Shown piece by piece: positions 52,764-61,574 of a DNA stretch of 64,000 bases. The position numbers were made by a program, and so were the translations under genes. The notes under the pieces were generated by a model. It was not told the DNA's origin and ran no database searches. It saw only the letters and a program-made list of their open reading frames with translations. Origin of the DNA: Candidatus Latescibacterota bacterium (GTDB lineage: Bacteria > Latescibacterota > UBA2968 > GCA-2709665); NCBI GenBank assembly GCA_965226795.1, contig CBDDDZ010000005.1, forward strand, positions 768,001-832,000, given 5' to 3'. Position 1 is the first letter of the stretch. Each line of letters opens with the position of its first letter.

Positions 52764-54431
52764 ATGTCGGATGGCGGCGTCCGGATCCAACTGGACCTGA
52801 AAATCCCCATGAGAGACGGGGTAAACCTTTACGGCGCGGCATATCGGCCGCTGCAAGGAGAGCGTTTTCCCGTTCTGCTGATCCGTTCGCCCTACAGTAC
52901 GCAGCACCCCAGGTACGTGGATTGGGCGGTGCGTTTTGCCAGGTCCGGATACACGGTGATTATGGTGGACAGCCGGGGGCGGTACGAGTCGGAGGGTGAG
53001 TGGCGGGCGTACGTGGACGAGGCGCGTGACGGCTATGACACCCAGCAATGGATCGGGTCGCAGGCGTGGTGCGACGGGAATATCGGAATGTTCGGGATTT
53101 CCTATCCGGGTTTCACCCAGATCCTGCCGGCGCCGTATCGCAGTCCCTACGTCAAGGGGCTCATGCCCATTGCGAATCAGGAGGACAACTACGGTCATCT
53201 GCGCTATAACGGCGTCCTGCAATTGCAGAATGCGATGAACTGGATCTGGCTCGGTGAACGGACCAACCAGAACGCACCCAGGGACCTGCTGGACTGGGAT
53301 CGGATCTACCGCCGGCTGCCGCTGGTTTCGGCAATGGATGGCATCGCGGAACGACCGTTTTTCCGAGAAGTGGTCCGGCACAACGAATTTGACGGGTTCT
53401 GGTCGTCGTACAGCATGAAGGGACGGTACAGGGACGTGCGAACGCCGGCCTATTTCGTGACGGGTTGGTACGACAATCTGGTACACGAGGGGTTCAAGTG
53501 TTTTCACGGGTGGCGAATGGAAGCAGGAGACGTCCGCACCCGGCGACTTAGCCGTCTGATGGTCGGACCCTGGACACACTCGCAGATCGGGAGCGCGGAG
53601 CCGTTCGGGGATATCGATTTCGGGTCGAATGCCGCCGTGGACATTCCCGGCGAACATCTGCGCTGGTACGATCAGCGATTGCGCGGGATCGATACCGGGA
53701 TCGATTCGGAACCGCCTGTACGTATTTTCGTGATGGGCGAGGATGTCTGGCGCTGGGAAAACGAGTGGCCGTTGGCGCGAACGAAGTACACGGCGTACTT
53801 TCTCCACAGCGGCGGCCGCGCCAATTCGCTGCTCTGCGACGGAGAACTCAAACGCGAAGCCCCGGGAGACGAGCCCGTGGATGGGTTCGACTACGATCCG
53901 GAGGATCCTGTACCGACGGTGGGCGGACAGAGCATGTTCCCCGCCAACACAGGTCCGAGGGATCGGCGGCCGGTGGAACGCCGTGAGGATGTGCTGGTAT
54001 ATACAACGGAAGCGTTGGCGTTGGAGGTGGAAGTGACCGGCCCGGTGGAGCTCATCCTGTTTGCCGCAACCGATGCACGGGATACGGATTTTACGGCCAC
54101 CCTTGTCGACGTACATCCGGACGGCAGGGCGATCCACATTACGGAGGGCATCCTGCGGGCGCGATTCCGGGAATCCTATCGCAAACCCAGTCTGATTCGG
54201 CCGGGGGCGGTGGTGGAATACAGGGTCGTTCTCTGGGAGACGAGCAATCTGTTCAGGGCTGGCCATCGGATCCGGCTGGAAATTTCCAGCAGCAATTTTC
54301 CGCGTTTCGACCGGAATCTGAATACGGGAAATACCCCGGGGCTGGACGATGATGTAAGGGTCGCCCGCCAGACAATTCATCATAGCAGCCAATATGCTTC
54401 ATACCTGCGTTTGCCGGTGATTCCCGGATGA
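52764..54431 (+). CDS. CocE/NonD family serine hydrolase
   Basis: IPMRDGV, RSPY, DSRGRYESEG, GISYPG, GWYD, GPWTH, SSSNFPRFDRN. Confidence 0.9.
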   Translation: MSDGGVRIQLDLKIPMRDGVNLYGAAYRPLQGERFPVLLIRSPYSTQHPRYVDWAVRFARSGYTVIMVDSRGRYESEGEWRAYVDEARDGYDTQQWIGSQAWCDGNIGMFGISYPGFTQILPAPYRSPYVKGLMPIANQEDNYGHLRYNGVLQLQNAMNWIWLGERTNQNAPRDLLDWDRIYRRLPLVSAMDGIAERPFFREVVRHNEFDGFWSSYSMKGRYRDVRTPAYFVTGWYDNLVHEGFKCFHGWRMEAGDVRTRRLSRLMVGPWTHSQIGSAEPFGDIDFGSNAAVDIPGEHLRWYDQRLRGIDTGIDSEPPVRIFVMGEDVWRWENEWPLARTKYTAYFLHSGGRANSLLCDGELKREAPGDEPVDGFDYDPEDPVPTVGGQSMFPANTGPRDRRPVERREDVLVYTTEALALEVEVTGPVELILFAATDARDTDFTATLVDVHPDGRAIHITEGILRARFRESYRKPSLIRPGAVVEYRVVLWETSNLFRAGHRIRLEISSSNFPRFDRNLNTGNTPGLDDDVRVARQTIHHSSQYASYLRLPVIPG

Positions 54432-56521
54432 ATGAACTATCGTATCGAATCGGCGCTGATGTCGGCGGAACCTTCACCGATGTGATCCTCATGGATAGTG
54501 AGGGGGATATATGGACGCATAAAATACCCTCAACGCCGCCGGATTTCGAGCGGGCCGTACTGGATGCCATCGGGCGCCTGCTGCTGGAGTCCGCCGTACC
54601 GGGCCGTTCGATCGGGGACGTCTCGCATGGGACAACCGTGGCGACCAACGCCGTCCTGGAGCGTCGGGGCGCCAGGACAGCGCTGATTACCACGCGCGGA
54701 TTTCGCGACGTACTGGAATTGCGGCGTATCAGGGCGCCTCAGATGTACGATCTGTTCTTTGACAAACCCGAACCGCTGGTGGACCGGCACCTGAGGTTTG
54801 AGGTGACGGAACGCATTGCCGCCGACGGTGAAGTGCTTGTGCCCCTGCACAAAGCGGAACTCGGAGCGGTCAAAGCGGCGTTGGAACAGGAGCGGGTGGA
54901 GTCGATCGCGGTATGCACGCTTCACTCCTACGCGTATCCCTGGCACGAACATGCTATCGGCGAGTTTCTCACAAGCGCGTTTCCGGACGTACCGGTGTCT
55001 CTCTCATCGGAGATTCTGCCGGAACGGCGCGAGTACGAACGTACGGCAACCACTGTGCTGAACGCCTACGTGCGACCGGTGATGCAGCGTTATCTCCGGG
55101 CGATGCGGGATGGTTTGCTGGAGGAAGGAATTCTGGCGCCGGTGCTGATCATGCAGTCCGCGGGGGGGTTGACGCCGGAGGGTGATGCGGCGCGGCGACC
55201 GGTCTATGTACTCGAGTCCGGCCCCGCGGCGGGTGTATTTGCGGCCCGTTTCGCCGGAGCCCGGCTGGGCATCGCCGATCTTATCACGTTCGATATGGGA
55301 GGCACCACAGCAAAGGCATCCATCGTCGAAGATGGGGAGATTTCCTACAGCCCGGAATACGAGGTCGGCGCATCCGTGTCGGCCGGAAACAGGCTGGTGG
55401 GCGGGGGCGGCGAGTTGATCCGTGCGCCGAGCATCGATATCGCCGAGGTGGGATCGGGAGGAGGAAGCGTGGCGTATCTGGATCGGGCCGGCGGGTTGCG
55501 GGTCGGTCCCAGAAGCGCTGGCGCCGTGCCGGGTCCCGCCTGTTACGGCCGTGGGGGAGAGGAACCCACGGTAACGGACGCCAACGTGGTGCTCGGATAC
55601 ATCCGGCCGGGTGAACTGGCGGACGGCGAGGTCTCCGTAGACATCGAGGCCGCAAGAAGGGTCGTCCAGGATCGGATCGCAGCCCCGCTGGGTCTGGATC
55701 TGCTCGAGGCCGCGGAGGGCATCCACCGGATTGCCAATGCCCGGTCGATGCGGGCGCTTCGGGCCGTGTCCACGGAGAGGGGGCGGGATCCGAGAGCGTT
55801 CTCCCTGATCGCGTTCGGCGGCTCCGGACCGATTCATGCCGCCGGGCTGGCCACGGAACTGCGCAGCCCGAAAGTCATTGTGCCTCCGTTGCCGGGGTTG
55901 TTCAGTGCGTTGGGGCTTCTGTACTCGGGCGTGGAGCATCACGATGTGTTCAGTTGCCTGCTCTCGGGCAACGGTCTGAGTGCCGAAACGCTGGGTGCCA
56001 TTCAGAAGGATCTGAAAAAGAGGATGCTTGCCCGGTTCAAGGCCGAGGGTTATTCCGCCGAACAGGTGGAGTTGAACGACAGTGTCGACGTGCGCTTCAG
56101 AGGCCAGGCATCGGAAATCCGGATTCCGCTGCCGGAGTCGCCGGCGGCGGATGCCACGGTACAAAGCCTTTGTAAAGCGTTTGAACGTGCACACCGGCAG
56201 CAATACGGGCATTCGTCAGACCCCGATAATCCGGTTGAGGTGGTTGCCGTTCGCCTGATCGGCAGAACCGCCCAACCCGAAAGGAGCGGACGAATAAGGT
56301 CCGCGCGGCGGGGTGGGCGGAAGATGTCCGCACGTCCGGCGTATTTCGGGAAGGCCTGGGGAAGCGTGGAAACCCCCGTAATCGACCGCACGGCGCTGAC
56401 GGAGCCTCGCGATGGACCCCTGCTGATCGATGAATACGATTCCACGATTGTAGTCCCTCCGGACATGCGCGTGTATCGAGACAGGCAGGACTTTGTGGTC
56501 CTGGAATGGGCCGGGGCGTAG
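54428..56521 (+). CDS. Hydantoinase/oxoprolinase subunit A
   Basis: DVGGTFTD, HGTTVATN, ESGPAAG, DMGGTT, GPRSAGAVPGP, PTVTDA. Confidence 0.92.
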   Translation: MNELSYRIGADVGGTFTDVILMDSEGDIWTHKIPSTPPDFERAVLDAIGRLLLESAVPGRSIGDVSHGTTVATNAVLERRGARTALITTRGFRDVLELRRIRAPQMYDLFFDKPEPLVDRHLRFEVTERIAADGEVLVPLHKAELGAVKAALEQERVESIAVCTLHSYAYPWHEHAIGEFLTSAFPDVPVSLSSEILPERREYERTATTVLNAYVRPVMQRYLRAMRDGLLEEGILAPVLIMQSAGGLTPEGDAARRPVYVLESGPAAGVFAARFAGARLGIADLITFDMGGTTAKASIVEDGEISYSPEYEVGASVSAGNRLVGGGGELIRAPSIDIAEVGSGGGSVAYLDRAGGLRVGPRSAGAVPGPACYGRGGEEPTVTDANVVLGYIRPGELADGEVSVDIEAARRVVQDRIAAPLGLDLLEAAEGIHRIANARSMRALRAVSTERGRDPRAFSLIAFGGSGPIHAAGLATELRSPKVIVPPLPGLFSALGLLYSGVEHHDVFSCLLSGNGLSAETLGAIQKDLKKRMLARFKAEGYSAEQVELNDSVDVRFRGQASEIRIPLPESPAADATVQSLCKAFERAHRQQYGHSSDPDNPVEVVAVRLIGRTAQPERSGRIRSARRGGRKMSARPAYFGKAWGSVETPVIDRTALTEPRDGPLLIDEYDSTIVVPPDMRVYRDRQDFVVLEWAGA

Positions 56522-56559
56522 AAATGGCCCGCGGCAGGACAAGGGAGAAACATAGTTTG

Positions 56560-58314
56560 ATGACGGAAATTGATCCTATTACCCGTGAGATCATGCAGAA
56601 TGCGCTTGCCGCGGCCGCCGATGAAATGAGCGCCGCGCTGTATCGCACGGCCTTTTCCACCATTGTGCGCGATTGCCTGGACTATTCCACCTCGTTGTGC
56701 AACGGAAACGGCCAGATGATCGCGCAGGGCGTGACGATTCCACTGCATCTGGGGTCGGTACCGTACGCGATGGCCGCAATGTTTGAACGCTTCGGCGATG
56801 ACATCGACCCTGGTGACGTGTTCATTCTGAACGATCCTTTCGACGGTGGGATGCATATTCCGGACATCTTTATTGTGCAGCCGATCTTCTGGGAAGGCGA
56901 GCGGGTGGCCTTTGCGGTGAGTACGGCACATCATCTTGACCTAGGCGGACGCCTGCCCGGAAGTTCCGCGTGCGACAACACGGAGATCTTTCAGGAAGGC
57001 CTTCGCATTCCGTGGTTGAAGCTCTATCGCCGGGGCGAGCCGGACGAGTCCATATTTTCCCTGATCCGGGCGAATGTGCGGGTACCGCAGATGACGATCG
57101 GGGATATCCGGGCGCAGTTGGCGGCCTGCCATATCGGGGAGCGGGCGGTGCATTCGCTGATTGAGCGGTACGGACGCGACATGTTCCTGGCATGCGCCCG
57201 GGACCTGATCGACTATACGGAGCGGCTGGTACGGTCGGAGATCGCGTCCTGGCCCGATGGATCCCATACCTTTACCGATTATCTGGACAGCGATGGCGTG
57301 GGCGGCCCCCGGGTGCAAATCCGGGTGACCGTGACCGTGCGGGGAGATTCGCTCACTGCCGATTTCACGGGGACGGACCCCCAGGTCTCGGGGGCGGTCA
57401 ACAGCACGCTCTCGTTTACGGCAGCCGTGGTGGCCCTGTGCGTGCGCGCCGTGATGCGGGAGGAGATTCCGAACACGGAAGGCATGTTCCGGCCGCTGGA
57501 GATCATCGCGCCCGAGGGCACGCTCGTGAATGTGCGGATGCCTGGCGCGTCCTCGATGCGCGGCGTGACGGGGTTTCGGATGGCGGACGTGGTATTCGGG
57601 GCGTTGGCCGGGCTGCTCCCCGACCGGGTGCTGGCAGCGGGCGAGGGCGGCAATACGCTGGTGATCATCGGCGGCCAACGTCAGGACCGGTCGCCCTATG
57701 TCTACTATGAGTTGCTCTCCGGAACCTGGGGCGCCCGGCCGGATCGGGACGGAAACGACGGTTTGTGCAATCCGGCGAACGTGGCCAGCAATATTCCCAT
57801 TGAACAGGCAGAGTGCGAATATCCGGTCAGGATCGACCGGTACGGACTGGTTTGCGACAGCGCGGGCGCCGGACGATATCGGGGCGGCCTGGCGATCGAG
57901 CGGGAGTGGACTCTGCTCGCGGGGGAGGCGCACCTGGCAATTCGGTCCGATCGAAGAGACCACCTGCCATACGGATTGTACGGGGGCGGGCCGGCGACAG
58001 GATCGAACAATGTGCTGTATCATAAAGATGGCAGCAAGGTGTTGCCGACCATGATATCAACGACGATGTCGGCCGGTGAGCGAATCTACCACCGCCAGGC
58101 GGGTGGAGGCGGATGGGGCGACCCGATGGAACGGGACCCCGAGGCCGTCGCGCGGGACGTAAAGAACGGGAAGGTATCCGTGAAACACGCGCGGGAGCAG
58201 TACGGCGTGGTGTTGGACCCCACGAACCTCGCGGTGTGCGAGACGGAAACCGCGGACACGCGACAACGGATGGCAGCGCCTCGTGCCCGGCGGGACGGTC
58301 GGGATCCGGATTGA
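56560..58314 (+). CDS. Hydantoinase B/oxoprolinase subunit
   Basis: RTAFSTIVRDCLDYS, LNDPFDGGMHIPD, EIFQEGL, DSAGAGRYRGG, GGGGWGDP. Confidence 0.92.
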   Translation: MTEIDPITREIMQNALAAAADEMSAALYRTAFSTIVRDCLDYSTSLCNGNGQMIAQGVTIPLHLGSVPYAMAAMFERFGDDIDPGDVFILNDPFDGGMHIPDIFIVQPIFWEGERVAFAVSTAHHLDLGGRLPGSSACDNTEIFQEGLRIPWLKLYRRGEPDESIFSLIRANVRVPQMTIGDIRAQLAACHIGERAVHSLIERYGRDMFLACARDLIDYTERLVRSEIASWPDGSHTFTDYLDSDGVGGPRVQIRVTVTVRGDSLTADFTGTDPQVSGAVNSTLSFTAAVVALCVRAVMREEIPNTEGMFRPLEIIAPEGTLVNVRMPGASSMRGVTGFRMADVVFGALAGLLPDRVLAAGEGGNTLVIIGGQRQDRSPYVYYELLSGTWGARPDRDGNDGLCNPANVASNIPIEQAECEYPVRIDRYGLVCDSAGAGRYRGGLAIEREWTLLAGEAHLAIRSDRRDHLPYGLYGGGPATGSNNVLYHKDGSKVLPTMISTTMSAGERIYHRQAGGGGWGDPMERDPEAVARDVKNGKVSVKHAREQYGVVLDPTNLAVCETETADTRQRMAAPRARRDGRDPD

Positions 58315-58388
58315 CTGATAACAGAAAGCAGGATATATTTTAGTTTAATGACCGGGGTTTTCACTGAAATCAAAATCGGAGGTGGTCT

Positions 58389-59888
58389 ATGCCCTGGACG
58401 ATAGGACGGTCTGCTGTGTTGCTGATGCTGTTGGGCGCGGCAGGATGCGGCGCCTCGTTGGTGTGCCGAGCATGATCGACAGCTTGGAGGTGCAAGTCCT
58501 CTATCCAGCCTGATGGCGGCGAAGGATTAGCGAAGCGCAAGGGCGTCGTCGCGAGGCGGTGTCTGAAGGAAGCGTGTAGCAAAGTCGCGACCCGATGGAC
58601 AAGAACCGGATATGAGGCCTACCCGGCGGGACGAGCGAGCCAATGATCGCGAAGTCCACAGCCATCAAGGGCCGGGGTGGTAAATGCGGCGGGTATGCGA
58701 TGAAGGCGGTCGGTCTTACCTCGGGAGGTCTGCGTCGTGTCCGGAAAGTCCGGACTGAGCGGTAACGTAAGGGCCGTGATCGCGGCGCAGAAGTCAGCAG
58801 AGGGCATAGTAGCCGGGCGACCGGCGAAGGCCCGAACGATGGACAGGACAAGTAGGACGATACGCTCATGCGTACCATGCGGCAGAAAATCCAGATGGAA
58901 CTGGCCTTGGCGCCGGTGGCGAAGGGTGAAGCCCGGGACGCCGGTGCTGAAGGGACCGAAGTGCGCGTGGCGCGTGTCGACCCCGAACGCCCTGCGGCCC
59001 AAGCTCGGGCTCGCTCCTCTTTCGCCCGGCTTGACCGCATAAATCCATCGAACCGCCGTGTACGGACCCGTACGCACGGTGGTGTGGGAGGGGCGGAGCC
59101 GCAAGGCTCCCCCCTATCCCGATTTGGAACTGTCGAAACGCGGAGACCTGCAGGCGGTAGAGCAGGCGTTGCAACGTGGAAGCAACGTGAATGCCAGGAC
59201 GGTTCAGGGGCACAGCCCGTTGTCGCTTGCGGCCCGGGAGGGCCACCCGGACGTGGTTCGTGCCCTGATTCAGGCCGGCGCGGATCAGGACGCCGTGGCA
59301 TGGTCCTTAAGCACACATCCGCGCCCCTGTGCATTTCGCCACCAGGGGTCCGAACTCACGAGGGAACGTTTCGTGAACGCCGACAGTTCCGGGCCGCAGT
59401 CCAGGTTCATGGCCGAGAGTACGGAAATCGATGTGGTCTGGGTGCTGAAAGATGGGAAAACACCCCTGATGCTCGCCGCCGAGAGGGGTCACCTGGATGT
59501 GGTTGAAGCGCTGGTCGACAACGGTGCCGATGTGCGGTTGACAAGCGGCGGCTATTGGGCGCTCGACACAAAGCCCGATAGGGAGAGCTTCGACTTTCCT
59601 GCTTACCCGAGTGTTCCCCAGCCTCGAGATCCTGGCGACGTCTCTGGCCATTTCCTTCAACATAGCCGCTATTATAGCCATGAATCTTATGGATACGGCG
59701 ACGACGTTGAAACGGAAGACGCCTCTGGCAAACTCTCCGCCCGTGGGTTTCACGGTTATCCCCGGCGGTTTTACGACTCGCCTGACAGAAAGACCGCAAT
59801 GGATCTGGCGTATGAAAATGGTCATTTGGATATCGTCGATTTTCTCCGTAATGCCATCCGGACGAGGCCTGCATCGAGTTCAAGATAG
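58389..59888 (+). CDS. Ankyrin-repeat lipoprotein split by a group II intron (exon 1 58389-58460, exon 2 59124-59888; 278 aa if spliced)
   Basis: SD GGAGGT. Exon 1 MPWTIGRSAVLLMLLGAAG-CGASL joins in frame to LELSKRGDLQAV..., collinear with the paralog at 61575 (GG-CGASLMELSQRGDIQGV). Ankyrin motifs GHSPLSLAAREGH and GKTPLMLAAERGH. Confidence 0.85.
58461..59123 (+). mobile_element. Group II intron, class IIC, with internally deleted RT/maturase ORF (663 nt)
   Basis: 5' GTGTG; IIC-type blocks TCTGAAGGAAGC, CTTACCTCGGGAGGTCT and CAGAAGTCAGCAGA; short domain V ACCGCCGTGTACGGACCCGTACGCACGGTGGT (59052-59083, CGC triad); domain VI with bulged A 59116; 3' end CCCGAT; IEP remnants 58868-59042. Confidence 0.92.
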
Positions 59889-59916
59889 GACCCTGGAGCG
59901 GTCTTCTCCGTTGGAG

Positions 59917-59989
59917 ATTCGGTCTCGTAAAAGCGTTATCTTGCGAGACCGAATTTTGTGGTATGCGCGAGTTGTGTCCATGAAGTTCG
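59917..59989 (+). repeat. Conserved ~70 nt element, copy 1 (hairpin plus conserved tail) after ankyrin gene 1
   Basis: CGGTCTCGTAA-N10-TTGCGAGACCG, then GTATG.G..AGTTGTGTCCAT.A.GTTCG; matches 62284-62353. Confidence 0.75.
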
Positions 59990-60084
59990 TTATTGCAGGT
60001 TTGTTGGTCTAACCATAATACAATGACTTGAGTAAGAAAACGGCATTTCGTGAATTATTTTGGCTCGGCCAACGGAGCACATTG

Positions 60085-60747
60085 ATGAAATTCGTCCTTT
60101 TTTTCTTGTTCCTATACCTCGGTACCTCCCCCGTTTTTGCACAGGAATCGGACGCGGATTCCACGCGGAGTGAACGGCCGACTTTTTCGATGACGCCTAC
60201 GTGAGTAGGCTGACCCGGCGAAGGCGCACCACTCCGTGGGAGTGGCATCCATACGAAATATACACTTTCGGGGCGGTACGTAGATACCTCTATGGACCGA
60301 CCGCAGTGGCGGTTCACGGCTAATTACCGGCTGCATCATCGCCTCCAGGTCGGGGTTGAGCTGAATCCGAAAGCAAAGGAGGCAGGACCTCTTGTAACCC
60401 TGTTTTTGTTTACCGAGACCGAGACGCGGCCTGCGCTCTTCTTGGGCACGAGTTCGGATCGAATCGGTTCGCCGTCGGGCGAGCAGTCCTACTTCGCGAC
60501 CATAAGTAAATATATACCTCGGTTGCGCATTTCCTTTTACGGCAGTTTGAATTATTCGGAATGGGACGGGAAGTTCAATGTTCCCTTTGGCGCGGGGGTC
60601 GAATTGGGCAAAGGCTTTTCATTTCGACCGATGTACGACGGCGACCGGGGGCACGTGATGCTGAATTATTTCGCGGCGCAATACGGTGTCAGTTTGATGT
60701 ACGTGTGGCTCGAAACCATGGGTATTTCGTTTTCTCTCGGGTTTTAG
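60085..60747 (+). CDS. Candidate exported UxxU double-selenocysteine protein with outer-membrane beta-barrel-like C-terminal domain (220 aa with UGA read-through)
   Basis: SD GGAG; signal peptide MKFVLFFLFLYLGTSPVFA-Q; in-frame TGA at 60202 and 60211 (T-U-V-G-U-P); the same frame continues into the 60292-60747 ORF ending ISFSLGF. Confidence 0.7.
60229..60245 (+). promoter_or_regulatory. Putative bacterial SECIS hairpin
   Basis: CCACTCC-GTG-GGAGTGG, a perfect 7 bp stem with a G-initiated loop 22 nt after the second UGA and 31 nt after the first. Confidence 0.55.
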
Positions 60748-60759
60748 TGTGGAGGTTCA

Positions 60760-61443
60760 ATGCGATTTCGCTATCTCTTATTTCTGATTGTTTTGGCCAG
60801 TTCGGCTTCGCTTATGGCCGAAGCTCAGATTCCCGATAAGGCACTCTGTAGTGTCTGTGCATTGAAGGGCGGCGAGACGGAGTTGGAAAAGGTCAAGGCC
60901 CATTCTGAATATGAAGGCAAGGCGTACTATTTCTGTTCTGAAAACTGCAAAAAGGAATTCGACGCAGATCCCGTGGCTTATTTGCCACCGGTTTTCCCAC
61001 GGCCTGCACCAGCCATCGTCGTTGAAACGCTGGAGGGAGGGGACAGGGCGTTGGCGGAATCGAAAGGCAAAGTCGTACTCGTGGATTTCTGGGCGACGTG
61101 GTGCAATCCCTGTCTTGAGACAATGCCCCGGTTGCAGAAACTCTACAGCGCTTATTCCGGCAGGGGTTTTGACATCTGGGGTGTGTCAATAGATGAGGAC
61201 AGAGATCGGGTTCAAAAGATCAGAAAGATGGTGGGCAAACTGGGCATTTCCTATCCCGTCTTTGTCGATGCGAAACAGACGCCTGCCTGGTATCAGTTCA
61301 AGGTGAAAGCGATTCCGGCCATGTATCTTCTCGATAGAGAGAGTCGGATCGTGGCGCAGTGGTCGGGAAAGATAGACTACGATGAAGTGGAGAAGGAAGT
61401 CTTGAGACTTCTTGAAAACGGGGTCGATGTCGAAGGGCCATGA
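60760..61443 (+). CDS. Exported YHS-domain / TlpA-family thioredoxin fusion
   Basis: SD GGAGG; signal peptide; CSVC...YEGKAYYFCSENCKKEFDADP (YHS); GKVVLVDFWATWCNPC, GVSID, AIPAMYLLD (TlpA). Confidence 0.85.
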   Translation: MRFRYLLFLIVLASSASLMAEAQIPDKALCSVCALKGGETELEKVKAHSEYEGKAYYFCSENCKKEFDADPVAYLPPVFPRPAPAIVVETLEGGDRALAESKGKVVLVDFWATWCNPCLETMPRLQKLYSAYSGRGFDIWGVSIDEDRDRVQKIRKMVGKLGISYPVFVDAKQTPAWYQFKVKAIPAMYLLDRESRIVAQWSGKIDYDEVEKEVLRLLENGVDVEGP

Positions 61444-61574
61444 GCGAATTCGTCGCGGAGAATTCCGGCTATGGTATTTGGGGTCGAGATACGATTTGAC
61501 CTAAAAGGCGAAGGTGGATATATTTTCGATTGGAACGAGCAGGATCGATGATCGACTCACAGCGGAGGAGGCCT

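Noticed and set aside
59058..59123. ORF-track start MYGPVRTVVWEG for the ankyrin gene
   Set aside because: This is a translation of intron domains V-VI. The real start is 58389 in exon 1.
58501..59334. Minus-strand ORFs across the intron (58501-59334, 58619-59104, 58370-58582)
   Set aside because: Antisense translations of conserved intron RNA with no protein motifs.
58868..59506. 212-aa ORF as a functional reverse transcriptase, DGR or retron
   Set aside because: No RT motifs are present. Only an IEP N-terminal remnant runs on into unrelated frames, and no template/variable repeat pair was seen.
60202..60213. UGA reassigned genome-wide to Trp or Gly, or a simple double-nonsense pseudogene
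   Set aside because: Many conserved genes here end at TGA (rlmN, lipA, panB, folB) and have no internal TGA. Two independent nonsense changes at CxxC spacing before a hairpin are less parsimonious, though not excluded.
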